Sequence record: PZ445134.1
Length of the DNA: 64,000 nucleotides
Origin: a phage
Reading direction: 5' to 3' (one strand)
The stretch's first letter is position 1; the number at the start of each line of letters is the position of its first letter. Positions 1-10,537 of this stretch are shown in pieces. Below the pieces are notes generated by a model that was not told the origin of the DNA, ran no database searches, and saw only the letters and a list, made by a program, of their open reading frames with translations. The translations under genes were made by a program, and so were the position numbers.

Positions 1-348
1 GAACAAAGCATTCAAATTAAATTGTCTATTCAATCGAGCATCAATTGAATCACCTAGCGCCGTCACAGCTACAAAATTATAGTCTTCTTTTAGTTTATTG
101 ATAACACGAAGAGCATCCGAATAAGGCGCTAAGTAACGAATAAAATCAGAGCGATTATATTTTTCTATTAATTGTTTACCGAGGTTATCGTCGGTATTGA
201 ATAGTTTACCAGGAGAAATAAATTTTTCGTCCTGAATCATTTTTAAAATATGTTCTAATGGAAGATTATATTTTTGGGCAAAATAAGGAAGTCCAGATTG
301 CCAGCTTAAACATACACCATCAATATCAGTCAAAATAGTAGGTTTCAT
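1..348 (-). CDS. HAD-family hydrolase-like protein (N-terminal part; 3' end lies outside window)
   Basis: Minus-strand ORF, ATG at 348-346 overlapping stop of downstream gene (ATGA); translation MKPTILTDIDGVCLSWQSGLPYF... with DxDG HAD motif I; open to position 1. Confidence 0.5.
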   Translation of the reverse strand, partial: MKPTILTDIDGVCLSWQSGLPYFAQKYNLPLEHILKMIQDEKFISPGKLFNTDDNLGKQLIEKYNRSDFIRYLAPYSDALRVINKLKEDYNFVAVTALGDSIDARLNRQFNLNALF

Positions 349-797
349 AAAGAGTCTCTTAATAGGTTTAACACATCAATAAATTCAGCTTCGGTTAGTA
401 TTGTATCATCTTTTGTTAGGTGGCTGGCCATGCTGTGCTTCAAAATTTTTCCTTTAGAGGCTTGTAAGGCATCACGAAACCCCTTGTTTTGGATCGCGGC
501 TTCAAAATATGCATTTGTGTATAATTCTTTCCACGCTTCGGAGTATCTTGAAAATGGAACTCCTAACCAGAAGAGAGTCCCACGGTCCTGAGCTCTTGCA
601 TAAGACCTTCCGGCTTGCTGTGCAGCCAATCCAGACAACCTAAATATACGTTTTTGTTGTTCAACATTTTTCACCTTACATCCTTGGAGAAATCCTTCAA
701 GTCCTCCGAATTGAATACCATCCATAACAAAAGGCCATTGAGCAAAGTTACTTAATGCACATGACGGCCATGGAAAATTGCTTCTGATTTCAATCAT
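345..797 (-). CDS. NADAR/YbiA-like (DUF1768-type) protein, 150 aa
   Basis: Track ORF; motif SNFAQWPFVMDG...EGFLQGCK matches the YbiA/NADAR N-terminal signature (SNFA.WP...DG....E...Q..K) as I recall it; C-terminal WG motif not seen. Confidence 0.5.
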   Translation of the reverse strand: MIEIRSNFPWPSCALSNFAQWPFVMDGIQFGGLEGFLQGCKVKNVEQQKRIFRLSGLAAQQAGRSYARAQDRGTLFWLGVPFSRYSEAWKELYTNAYFEAAIQNKGFRDALQASKGKILKHSMASHLTKDDTILTEAEFIDVLNLLRDSL

Positions 798-988
798 AGT
801 CTTTTAAGGCTTTTGATAATTTCTAATTCAGAACTCATGCGAACGTCTTCAGTTCCATCGACCCATAGGACGGTGTAGGCTTCTTTAATTTGAGTATTAC
901 CTAATTTAAAAGCAGGTAGAACCTTTGAAATCATTCCAGGAATACCTATGCCTTTTAACTGGACCGTTTGCGATAAAAATAGTTGCAT
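794..988 (-). CDS. hypothetical protein, 64 aa
   Basis: Track ORF, ATG start, 4-nt overlaps with both neighbours (operon-like coupling). Confidence 0.5.
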   Translation of the reverse strand: MQLFLSQTVQLKGIGIPGMISKVLPAFKLGNTQIKEAYTVLWVDGTEDVRMSSELEIIKSLKRL

Positions 989-1308
989 TAGAACCTCATC
1001 TGGAAACCGTGTGATTTAACATTACCACCGTAGATGTCAGAGGTGTTGACTTCACGGGCGGCACTAGGGTCGATATTGATATCGTGGTTGAGCTTAGTGA
1101 TTGCTAAGGTATCACGACCGTTAACAGTACGGAATTCTACCGGGCATACAACATCAGCATAAGCCTTAATAGATTCACGAGTAGGTTGTTTGTCGGCAGG
1201 AACGTCTTTACCTGCTTTAGAGAAAACAACTTCACAGAAATTTTTACGAGTATCGAAATAAGTGGTCATAAACATAATATTTTCCTCAAAGGAGGCCGAA
1301 GCCTCCAT
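988..1308 (-). CDS. hypothetical protein, 106 aa
   Basis: Track ORF in the gene 30.x-equivalent block; coupled to neighbours. Confidence 0.55.
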   Translation of the reverse strand: MEASASFEENIMFMTTYFDTRKNFCEVVFSKAGKDVPADKQPTRESIKAYADVVCPVEFRTVNGRDTLAITKLNHDINIDPSAAREVNTSDIYGGNVKSHGFQMRF

Positions 1309-1316
1309 TTTTAAGA

Positions 1317-1682
1317 TTAGATATCGAATTCGTTAAGAACTACATCAAAGATTGCTTCGAGATGTTCAGGTTTAGCTCGGTTACTCAGGATATGACGAAT
1401 CCAAGTTTTAACCAGAAGTTTACGATTAACACCGTTCCAGCAAGGATGAGTACCTAAATCACGTTGACGGAAATCATCATCTAATGCAATTTTGAAGTTG
1501 GAACCTTCCATCGTGATTGAAACCGTGATGCCATTTTCAAATCGCATATAAACGTAATTAGGAGTCATATACTGCTCAATTTCGCATACTGAACCGTTAT
1601 TATGCTTCCATAAGCAAATTGTATCGATAGAACCAGCAATACCGTTAGAAACATATTTACGTTCGAAGTTGATGTAGTTCAT
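1317..1682 (-). CDS. hypothetical protein, 121 aa
   Basis: Track ORF; GGAG Shine-Dalgarno upstream; early promoter at 1724-1752. Confidence 0.6.
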   Translation of the reverse strand: MNYINFERKYVSNGIAGSIDTICLWKHNNGSVCEIEQYMTPNYVYMRFENGITVSITMEGSNFKIALDDDFRQRDLGTHPCWNGVNRKLLVKTWIRHILSNRAKPEHLEAIFDVVLNEFDI

Positions 1683-1723
1683 TTTATTCTCCAGATGTTT
1701 AAGTTGTTTGTTGGTACAGGTCT

Positions 1724-1752
1724 ATAGTAACACATCCTACAGGAGAGTAAAC
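1724..1752 (-). promoter_or_regulatory. T4-type early promoter
   Basis: minus strand GTTTAC, 17 nt, TTACTAT; precedes SD/ATG of the 121-aa gene. Confidence 0.5.
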
Positions 1753-1788
1753 ATCTTTTTAAACTTTTTCTGCCCTAAACGCACAAAA

Positions 1789-1806
1789 GGGAGACCGAAG
1801 TCTCCC
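1789..1806 (-). terminator. tetraloop hairpin terminator
   Basis: GGGAGACCGAAGTCTCCC perfect 7-bp GC-rich stem, followed by UUUU on the minus transcript. Confidence 0.6.
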
Positions 1807-1811
1807 TAAAA

Positions 1812-1991
1812 TTATGCAACAACCTTTCCAAAACGAGAAGCATCATCTCGAAGAACTGCACGTGCTCTGCGCATGATCTTCTCAACTGTTTGATTAATAC
1901 GAGAGTTCGACCCACGCTTGTATCCAGCGCGTTTAGAGGTACCATCAACTTTCTTTTCTACTGCTTTCTTTGCTTTAGCTTGTTTTGCCAT
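1812..1991 (-). CDS. small basic protein, 59 aa (MAKQAKAKKAVEKK...)
   Basis: Manually translated minus ORF (ATG 1991-1989, TAA 1814-1812), below track size cutoff; hairpin terminator immediately downstream at 1789-1806; weak SD. Confidence 0.4.
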   Translation of the reverse strand: MAKQAKAKKAVEKKVDGTSKRAGYKRGSNSRINQTVEKIMRRARAVLRDDASRFGKVVA

Positions 1992-2260
1992 TATAAATTC
2001 TCTTTAAATGAAAATGCAGGACTTATTGACATTGCCTGCTCAAGCCCTCAAGGGGAACATAGGTTTTGGATATTTAACGACAGGGATAACCATAAACCCG
2101 TCATCATACCGACCACGACTTAGACAGATAACCTTTTTCTGACGCGTGATAGTACAAAATACATTCAAGAGGTACACCGTAAAATTGTCGGGGCGGTACT
2201 TCTAAAACATACCGATTCGCAAATCGATAATCAGACAATTCGACGGCTCCTCGATTTAAC

Positions 2261-2509
2261 TTACTTCAGGGTAATAACAAAATGACGAACTGCTTTACGT
2301 GCTGCAGAAGCCAGAGGCTTAGCATATTTCAATTCATCTTTCTGAACCAGGATATCGCGAAGATCGGCTTGTGCTGGATTCAGATGTTTGAAATACTGTA
2401 AGATTTCAAGAGCTTCGGCTTCAACATCAATAGATGCGCCGTAATTGTCATGGCCATTATTCCATGCATGGCGTTGCAGTTCAAGAGCGTGTTGTAATTG
2501 TTTAATCAT
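2261..2509 (-). CDS. rIII: lysis inhibition accessory protein rIII
   Basis: 82 aa; near-identical over most of its length to my recollection of T4 rIII (MIKQLQHALELQR...KAVRHFV.TLK). Confidence 0.9.
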   Translation of the reverse strand: MIKQLQHALELQRHAWNNGHDNYGASIDVEAEALEILQYFKHLNPAQADLRDILVQKDELKYAKPLASAARKAVRHFVITLK

Positions 2510-2633
2510 TTTAAATTCTCAATTCGAGATAATACTTAGTAGCCACGTTCTTCTGAATTTCACTTTCTTTCGACAAGTCTCTCAGTTGTAGGCTACCGCT
2601 TAGAAGAGTGTTCTCTTCATATAGTTATTTATA

Positions 2634-2966
2634 TCACTTATAAAGACATGGAATAGCTTTATAGTGGCATGTTACGAATTTCTGTTTAATTTCTTTAGGT
2701 TGTTTAAGTCCCAAAGCCACAAATGGATGTGGAACATTTCGAATTTGTCCAACTGGTAGTGGAGTCAAATCACCGACTTCAACAAAACCTTCAGGAACAT
2801 CAGGACCTACAGAATGAACTACACATAGTTCAGGAACTTCACCTTGAACACGTTTACCAATCACAAGTCCTGATTCGGTAACTTCTTCATCACCTGCTTG
2901 AGCTGGTTCAGAAACCAGAATGACATATTCACCAACAGCACGAATTGGGAGTTGTACTTCAGACAT
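2634..2966 (-). CDS. 31: gp31 co-chaperonin (GroES analogue)
   Basis: 110 aa; matches recalled T4 gp31 sequence ([34 protein letters not shown]...). Confidence 0.9.
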   Translation of the reverse strand: MSEVQLPIRAVGEYVILVSEPAQAGDEEVTESGLVIGKRVQGEVPELCVVHSVGPDVPEGFVEVGDLTPLPVGQIRNVPHPFVALGLKQPKEIKQKFVTCHYKAIPCLYK

Positions 2967-3023
2967 CTTATTTCCTTGTTGTTTGACGATAGATTAATAA
3001 TACTATACTATTCGTAAAGCATA

Positions 3024-3332
3024 TTACATAAGAAGCAAACGTTCCACCGGAGTACCATCAACCGAAATTACTTTATCAAGGCGGAAAGAACGCCACTGAC
3101 CTAACTTGGTGTCGAATGCTCGAACTGATTCACGAGGTTCATAACGAACTTCTGTTGCCGGATTGTTATTTTCATATTTGACTTCAAGTTCATCGCGCGA
3201 AGCAAACATAGTGCGTACCTCACCGTTAGCCTTTTCAAATACAACACAATGAACGCCTACAGACAGAATAGTTTTAATACGTTCACGAAGAACCATAGTT
3301 TCTTGTTCAGTTAAAATCATATTATTCACCAC
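3024..3332 (-). CDS. hypothetical protein, 102 aa
   Basis: Track ORF between cd and 31 (T4 cd.x position). Confidence 0.55.
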   Translation of the reverse strand: MVNNMILTEQETMVLRERIKTILSVGVHCVVFEKANGEVRTMFASRDELEVKYENNNPATEVRYEPRESVRAFDTKLGQWRSFRLDKVISVDGTPVERLLLM

Positions 3333-3903
3333 AAAAGTTTCGGATTTGTTCCCAATTCAGAGAACGAAGATTATTACGAGAGTACTGAATTACTTCAATA
3401 CCGGCTTGTTTTAGAATGTCTGCCCAATTTTCAGGAGATCTGTCATATAATTCTGCGTATACAACCTTTTTAATACCTGACTGCGTAATAGCTTTAGTGC
3501 AATCAGGACACGGAGAAAGCGTCGTATATAACGTAGCACCTTCAATAGAATTACCTTTACGAGCTGCAAACAAAATTGCGTTCAATTCCGCATGGATTTC
3601 GTTATTAGCAGACCATGCACTATGAGCGGCCCGATGTTCTTTAGCCAAAACAAAATTATCTGCCCGTCCAAATGCTGTAGTGCCTTCTTTATGACCAGCA
3701 ACGATGACCGGGCTTGGTTTATTCTTCAACCAACCGTTTTCGGATGCATGTTCGCAACAGTTTGTACCACCTGAAGGAGAGCCATTATAACCTGTAGAAA
3801 TAATGCGTCCATCTTTTTCAATGACGGCACCAACTTTCCATGAACAACATTTTGATTCTTGAGAAATCAGATATGCAATCTGAAGGTATGTGCTAGCTTT
3901 CAT
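3322..3903 (-). CDS. cd: dCMP deaminase
   Basis: 193 aa, same length as T4 Cd; cytidine/dCMP deaminase zinc motifs HAELNAI and SPCPDC. Confidence 0.9.
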   Translation of the reverse strand: MKASTYLQIAYLISQESKCCSWKVGAVIEKDGRIISTGYNGSPSGGTNCCEHASENGWLKNKPSPVIVAGHKEGTTAFGRADNFVLAKEHRAAHSAWSANNEIHAELNAILFAARKGNSIEGATLYTTLSPCPDCTKAITQSGIKKVVYAELYDRSPENWADILKQAGIEVIQYSRNNLRSLNWEQIRNFCGE

Positions 3904-4895
3904 TATTGAACCTTATTAATATAAGTTAACAGCTCTTTAGTTTGTTCCCAACTGATGCACGCATCGGTAATGGAAACGCCATAGGACATATTATCAGAAA
4001 TTTTTTGATTTCCTTCATGTAGGAATGATTCTATCATAATTCCTTTGACCAAATCATTAGCTGCTAAATTTTTACCAATACCAATTTGATTGCTATAATA
4101 CCCATCAGCGTTTGCATGGCTACAGTCAACCATTACATAATGATTCAGACCTAATGCACTTGCTTTGTTAGAAGCTTCTTGAATATCAGAAGAATGATAG
4201 TTCGGGCCGTTAGTCCCGCCACGCAATACGATATGCGTATTCTGATTACCTTCAGCTTCAACAATGCCTACAGTACCATCGACGTCCATACCCATATACC
4301 GATGAGGCCAGGCGGCACTATACATCGCGTCTGTAGCTACTTTAATAGAACCATTGGTTGCGTTCTTGAAGCCTACGCACATCGGTAGACCTGAAGCAAT
4401 TTCACGATGTGTCTGACTTTCAGTCGTACGGGCGCCAATAGCAACCCATGAGAAAATACCAGAAAGATACTTAATCGTGAATGGGTCTAATACTTCAGTT
4501 GCTAATGGAAGTCCCATACGTAGAAGTTTACGACACAATGTTCGTGCAACTATAAGACCGTGGTTCATATCAAAACTTCCGTCAAGATATGGATCATTTA
4601 CAAGACCTTTCCAACCTACGGTAGTTCGAGGCTTTTCAAAATAAACGCGCATCACTAACAGAACATTAGGAAGACGAGTTTGAAGTTCAGCCAGACGTTT
4701 GCCATATTCAACAGCAGCAATAGGGTCATGAATTGAACAAGGACCTACAACAATAAGTTTGCGTGGGTCTTCACCGTTCATAATCGAATTAACTTGTTCG
4801 CGATGAGAAGCCACTTGTGATGCGTAAGCTTCCGACAAAGGAATAATCTCAGCCAGTTCTTTTGGAGAAATAAGTTTTCTGATGACAGGTAACAT
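3903..4895 (-). CDS. 3-deoxy-7-phosphoheptulonate (DAHP) synthase, class I AroG-type
   Basis: 330 aa; motifs RVYFEKPRTTVGWKGL and GARTTESQTHRE.ASGL are hallmark AroG/AroF segments; AAGGA SD; start/stop overlap with cd. Confidence 0.85.
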   Translation of the reverse strand: MLPVIRKLISPKELAEIIPLSEAYASQVASHREQVNSIMNGEDPRKLIVVGPCSIHDPIAAVEYGKRLAELQTRLPNVLLVMRVYFEKPRTTVGWKGLVNDPYLDGSFDMNHGLIVARTLCRKLLRMGLPLATEVLDPFTIKYLSGIFSWVAIGARTTESQTHREIASGLPMCVGFKNATNGSIKVATDAMYSAAWPHRYMGMDVDGTVGIVEAEGNQNTHIVLRGGTNGPNYHSSDIQEASNKASALGLNHYVMVDCSHANADGYYSNQIGIGKNLAANDLVKGIMIESFLHEGNQKISDNMSYGVSITDACISWEQTKELLTYINKVQ

Positions 4896-5015
4896 AACAA
4901 TCCTTAGGAGATATAAACAGATTCTGATTCAACAATACCTTTAACCGGATTAGACAGGCTAAGTTGGTAGTGCTCAGATTTATGACCATTCTCGATAGTA
5001 ATGAGATAACTCTCA

Positions 5016-5252
5016 TTATAGTGTTCCATATACTCGAGTTGCTTCAACAAGACCATCACTGCCTAATTTAAGATTAGTAATTTGGTCACCATCTTTAGGA
5101 TTAACGATTATGAGAAAAGAACGAGGAGATTCTTGAATAACTCGTAATGTTGCATCCTGGAAACGTTCAGACACTTTATTGATGAGTGCTTGAGCGAATT
5201 CTTTTACTTTAATCTGAAATTCGTGTACTGTAATTGGATTTTCACTTAGCAT
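5016..5252 (-). CDS. hypothetical protein, 78 aa
   Basis: Track ORF; early promoter 5281-5310 upstream. Confidence 0.5.
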   Translation of the reverse strand: MLSENPITVHEFQIKVKEFAQALINKVSERFQDATLRVIQESPRSFLIIVNPKDGDQITNLKLGSDGLVEATRVYGTL

Positions 5253-5280
5253 TTCGATTTCCTCATTTGTTGGTAGAGTT

Positions 5281-5310
5281 ATAGTATCACAACTCTACTG
5301 TGTTGTAAAC
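5281..5310 (-). promoter_or_regulatory. T4-type early promoter
   Basis: minus strand GTTTAC, 18 nt, TACTAT. Confidence 0.5.
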
Positions 5311-5586
5311 TTAAATTGCAAAACATTTAATTTCTTGTGAATCGAAATCAACCTCACATTGAATTACTAGATCAGCGTCAAGTCCAAACACAACAATCAC
5401 ATGAGCCGAGCTTGGCAACAGTGTAACAGACACAGAATCCACTTGGTCCGGCACCAGCGTATTCAAAACGTAAAGTAGTTCAGAGTGGATCTTAAGCTCG
5501 GTGGCCGTATCCGGCTTATCAAAGAAATGATTTGCGATAATCTGACTAAAAACTACCTTTACAATTTCAGAATATTTAGGGAACAT
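5311..5586 (-). CDS. hypothetical protein, 91 aa
   Basis: Track ORF in pseT-cd intergenic block. Confidence 0.5.
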   Translation of the reverse strand: MFPKYSEIVKVVFSQIIANHFFDKPDTATELKIHSELLYVLNTLVPDQVDSVSVTLLPSSAHVIVVFGLDADLVIQCEVDFDSQEIKCFAI

Positions 5587-5593
5587 AATTACC

Positions 5594-5818
5594 TCAGTGT
5601 ACAGTATTTACTTTAACTCGAACAACAAATTGCTCGGTCGGTTCGCCTACAGGAACAAACTCTACATGATATTCGCCTTTGTAACGAGTATTCAGGTCGT
5701 TACGAATTTCGGTAAGCTTGTTGATTAATGTAGAACTCATATTAAGTCCCACTAATTTACGAAGCATTTTGTATGCTTCATCTTCGATTTCACGATGTTT
5801 ATCGTACATAGTTTTCAT
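5594..5818 (-). CDS. hypothetical protein, 74 aa
   Basis: Track ORF. Confidence 0.5.
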   Translation of the reverse strand: MKTMYDKHREIEDEAYKMLRKLVGLNMSSTLINKLTEIRNDLNTRYKGEYHVEFVPVGEPTEQFVVRVKVNTVH

Positions 5819-5964
5819 TTAACCATTCAATTGCCTGGTCGACGTTATCAAATATACTGCCGTCCAACCATTCTTCATGTTCATAGTCCAGCACATCAAT
5901 ACCGAACCGTCCATTTACTAAAGGCCATACTACAAACAAATATTCTTTATGCTGTTCGATGGCC

Positions 5965-5990
<26 letters not shown>
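5799..5990 (-). CDS. hypothetical protein, 63 aa (start lies inside copy 1 of the 77-bp tandem repeat)
   Basis: Track ORF; ATG 5990-5988 preceded by TAA derived from duplicated pseT 3' end. Confidence 0.45.
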
Positions 5991-7153
<1,163 letters not shown>

Positions 7154-7154
<1 letters not shown>

Positions 7155-7453
7155 TATTTTATTCCTAAGAAAGTTTCAAGAATACGAATGTTATGCTCGC
7201 GCCGGTCTTTATTAATTTCAGCAACGTTTTTATTAATTGACGTACTTCTAACGTTTGAAGAAATAAATTTAATCATATGACTTTTGAGTTGTTGCAAATC
7301 CAACCCTTTTTCTTTAGCAGCTTTACGAAGAGCTTTACCTGCTTCATCTAGTGCCTTTGCAGCATCTTTGTCATAGATGTCAAGTGACGTTCCACGGCAG
7401 ATATCAATATACTCATCAGACCGTTTGATGTAATTCTCTAGTAATGTTTTCAT
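7154..7453 (-). CDS. hypothetical protein, 99 aa
   Basis: Track ORF; early promoter 7482-7511 directly upstream. Confidence 0.55.
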
Positions 7454-7481
7454 TTAGATTTCCTCAATTATCCATAGGAGC

Positions 7482-7511
7482 ATTATACTCTGCTCCCGAG
7501 AGTTTGTAAAC
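7482..7511 (-). promoter_or_regulatory. T4-type early promoter
   Basis: minus strand GTTTAC, 18 nt, TATAAT. Confidence 0.6.
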
Positions 7512-7735
7512 TATTTTACTAAAGATTCGATATACTCATGAAGAGCTTTAGTTGCTACTGCCCACTTATTCTGATATTCATTTTTCAGATTAGCACGAGA
7601 CTGAACTAACAAGCGGTCGTTAGTCGGAGGCAAAGATTCTAATCGTTGAATCTGACGGCCATAAATCATAGCCGCCATTTCAGAGTCATAGATAAGTCCT
7701 TTAAGGTATTCATGCTGTTCTTTAGTCATTGGCAT
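7511..7735 (-). CDS. hypothetical protein, 74 aa
   Basis: Track ORF. Confidence 0.5.
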   Translation of the reverse strand: MPMTKEQHEYLKGLIYDSEMAAMIYGRQIQRLESLPPTNDRLLVQSRANLKNEYQNKWAVATKALHEYIESLVK

Positions 7736-8016
7736 TTTTCCTCTTTTAAACCACTACGATAATAACATAACATAGTCTTCTGGTCATGTACATATCTTTT
7801 TACGTCGTTTAACCAGATACGAAATTCTTGAGAGTCTTCAAATGGCATTCCAACCCACGGATTACCATCAATAACCTTTACTTGCCATTTCTGGTTATAT
7901 TCAACAATAGATTCTGGCCATGGCGGATGTAAAGTTTCTTTAGGGCTTAAGGGCACATCCTGGGCACATCCGGCTAAAATGCCAATAGATAATACAACTG
8001 CGGTTAATTTAATCAT
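7726..8016 (-). CDS. putative lipoprotein, 96 aa
   Basis: N-terminus MIKLTAVVLSIGILAGCAQ has signal peptide plus lipobox (LAGC). Confidence 0.55.
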   Translation of the reverse strand: MIKLTAVVLSIGILAGCAQDVPLSPKETLHPPWPESIVEYNQKWQVKVIDGNPWVGMPFEDSQEFRIWLNDVKRYVHDQKTMLCYYRSGLKEEKCQ

Positions 8017-8369
8017 TCTGAGAGCTTCCTGAGGTCTTCTGCAAAGGAATCGAAGGACCTGTTGATTTGTTTTTCGACCAATCCTGGTTTACTTGCCACC
8101 ACGTTCTTCTTCTTCGAATCCTTACGGAGCTTTTCATTTTCGGCCTTAAGTTGGTCAACTAAAACACGGTTCTTATAAGTCATTTCTTCGATTGACTGAT
8201 ATTGAACCTTGAAGTCGTCTAATACTTTAGCATTGTTTTTAGCTGTCTCTTTGACAGAAGCTAATTCAGTATTCAACGAATCAACTTTGTTGTTTAAGAC
8301 AACTATTGTTACCGTAGAAGCTAGAGCAAAAGCTGCTACTATAGCATAAATCGGATTTACTTTAAGCAT
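8013..8369 (-). CDS. membrane-anchored coiled-coil protein, 118 aa
   Basis: Hydrophobic N-terminus (IYAIVAAFALASTVTIVVL) followed by charged heptad-like region. Confidence 0.55.
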   Translation of the reverse strand: MLKVNPIYAIVAAFALASTVTIVVLNNKVDSLNTELASVKETAKNNAKVLDDFKVQYQSIEEMTYKNRVLVDQLKAENEKLRKDSKKKNVVASKPGLVEKQINRSFDSFAEDLRKLSE

Positions 8370-8857
8370 GTTTTAATAATCTCAATGATTTCATCTCGGG
8401 ATAATCCATTGATAAGAACGGTTTTCGGACCATCACACTGGATTTTGTACGATTCAAACAATACACACAACTCTTCTGCTGTATGATACGGACTTGAAAT
8501 TCCGAGGCGGTTGAATTTGTCGGTAAGAGGGTCGCAAATAATGTAGAATTTTATACCTGCGATATGTACGTTTGGTTGACTAATATTAATGAACACATTA
8601 GCGTCATATTTAGTCAAATTATTTTGAAGAAATTCTACCATGGCATTAACTGCTTCTGGCATCGCTTCACGTTTCTCTTCGGTGTAACGTGTTGAATATT
8701 CCTTTTGCTTTAACTTCTTTTTAAGATTTTTGGCCAGTGTAACACGTAGGTCAGTAAGATAGCCAACTGGACGTCCTTTCTTAAAGACTCGGATTCCATC
8801 TGTAGAATCACCAAATGCTGCCACAACCATATCATTAGTAATCAATTGCATATTCAT
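8357..8857 (-). CDS. alc: Alc (blocks transcription of cytosine-containing DNA)
   Basis: Position between pseT and rnlA as in T4; 167 aa from the ATG at 8857, which has a GAGGAG SD and lies downstream of promoter 8888-8917; track ORF extends to 8920 (187 aa). Confidence 0.7.
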   Translation of the reverse strand: MNMQLITNDMVVAAFGDSTDGIRVFKKGRPVGYLTDLRVTLAKNLKKKLKQKEYSTRYTEEKREAMPEAVNAMVEFLQNNLTKYDANVFINISQPNVHIAGIKFYIICDPLTDKFNRLGISSPYHTAEELCVLFESYKIQCDGPKTVLINGLSRDEIIEIIKTCLK

Positions 8858-8887
8858 AATTTTCTCCTCGTGTTGTTGATAAAAGCC

Positions 8888-8917
8888 ATAGTAACACCTT
8901 CCTTGGTGTTTGTAAAC
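8888..8917 (-). promoter_or_regulatory. T4-type early promoter (upstream of alc, inside rnlA 3' end)
   Basis: minus strand GTTTAC, 18 nt, TACTAT. Confidence 0.5.
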
Positions 8918-8919
8918 CA

Positions 8920-10053
<1,134 letters not shown>

Positions 10054-10071
10054 TCAGTTAGTTTTTTTTAA

Positions 10072-10101
10072 ATTGTACCACAATCCTTGTGGTATGTAAA
10101 C
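10072..10101 (-). promoter_or_regulatory. T4-type early promoter (rnlA)
   Basis: minus strand GTTTAC, 18 nt, TACAAT. Confidence 0.55.
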
Positions 10102-10511
10102 TACTTTTTCTTATGTTGGATATTCCAAGGCGGGTTGAACTTTTTGATAAAAAGTGGTTCTTCAAGGTCCATTGTTGCGATGGCCATTGAACCAAGTTCG
10201 TTAGTGACTGAAAGGTCAAAACATTGGCGGGCCCAGAATTCAACCTTTTTGCCTTGCATTAAGGCATCCAAAATCATAAGTGATTTTCTTGAATCTGAAG
10301 TCTGGTCTTTTCGATTTATGGCTGTTCGATAATAGTTAATGCGTTTCTTTAAATTCTTGGTTTTACCAATATACACAAGTTCGTCATCTATAGCAATAGC
10401 GTATATGACATTTTTCTTATTAGGGGCATCAATGGTTTTAATTGTTGCATCTTCTAATAGCTCCAATTCTATATATTTAATAAAGGAATATTCGGCGGCA
10501 ATATCTTTCAT
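10101..10511 (-). CDS. denA: endonuclease II (GIY-YIG)
   Basis: 136 aa, same size and map position as T4 DenA; GIY-YIG-like VYIGKT...R motif. Confidence 0.8.
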   Translation of the reverse strand: MKDIAAEYSFIKYIELELLEDATIKTIDAPNKKNVIYAIAIDDELVYIGKTKNLKKRINYYRTAINRKDQTSDSRKSLMILDALMQGKKVEFWARQCFDLSVTNELGSMAIATMDLEEPLFIKKFNPPWNIQHKKK

Positions 10512-10519
10512 AATAAAGT

Positions 10520-10533
10520 GGGACCGAAGTCCC
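10520..10533 (-). terminator. hairpin after nrdB
   Basis: GGGACCGAAGTCCC; sits between nrdB stop and denA start. Confidence 0.5.
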
Positions 10534-10537
10534 GTCC

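Noticed and set aside
1890-2123. 77-aa plus-strand ORF
   Set aside because: Antisense to the small basic minus-strand ORF and its terminator; no SD; hydrophobic low-complexity product typical of AT-rich antisense frames.
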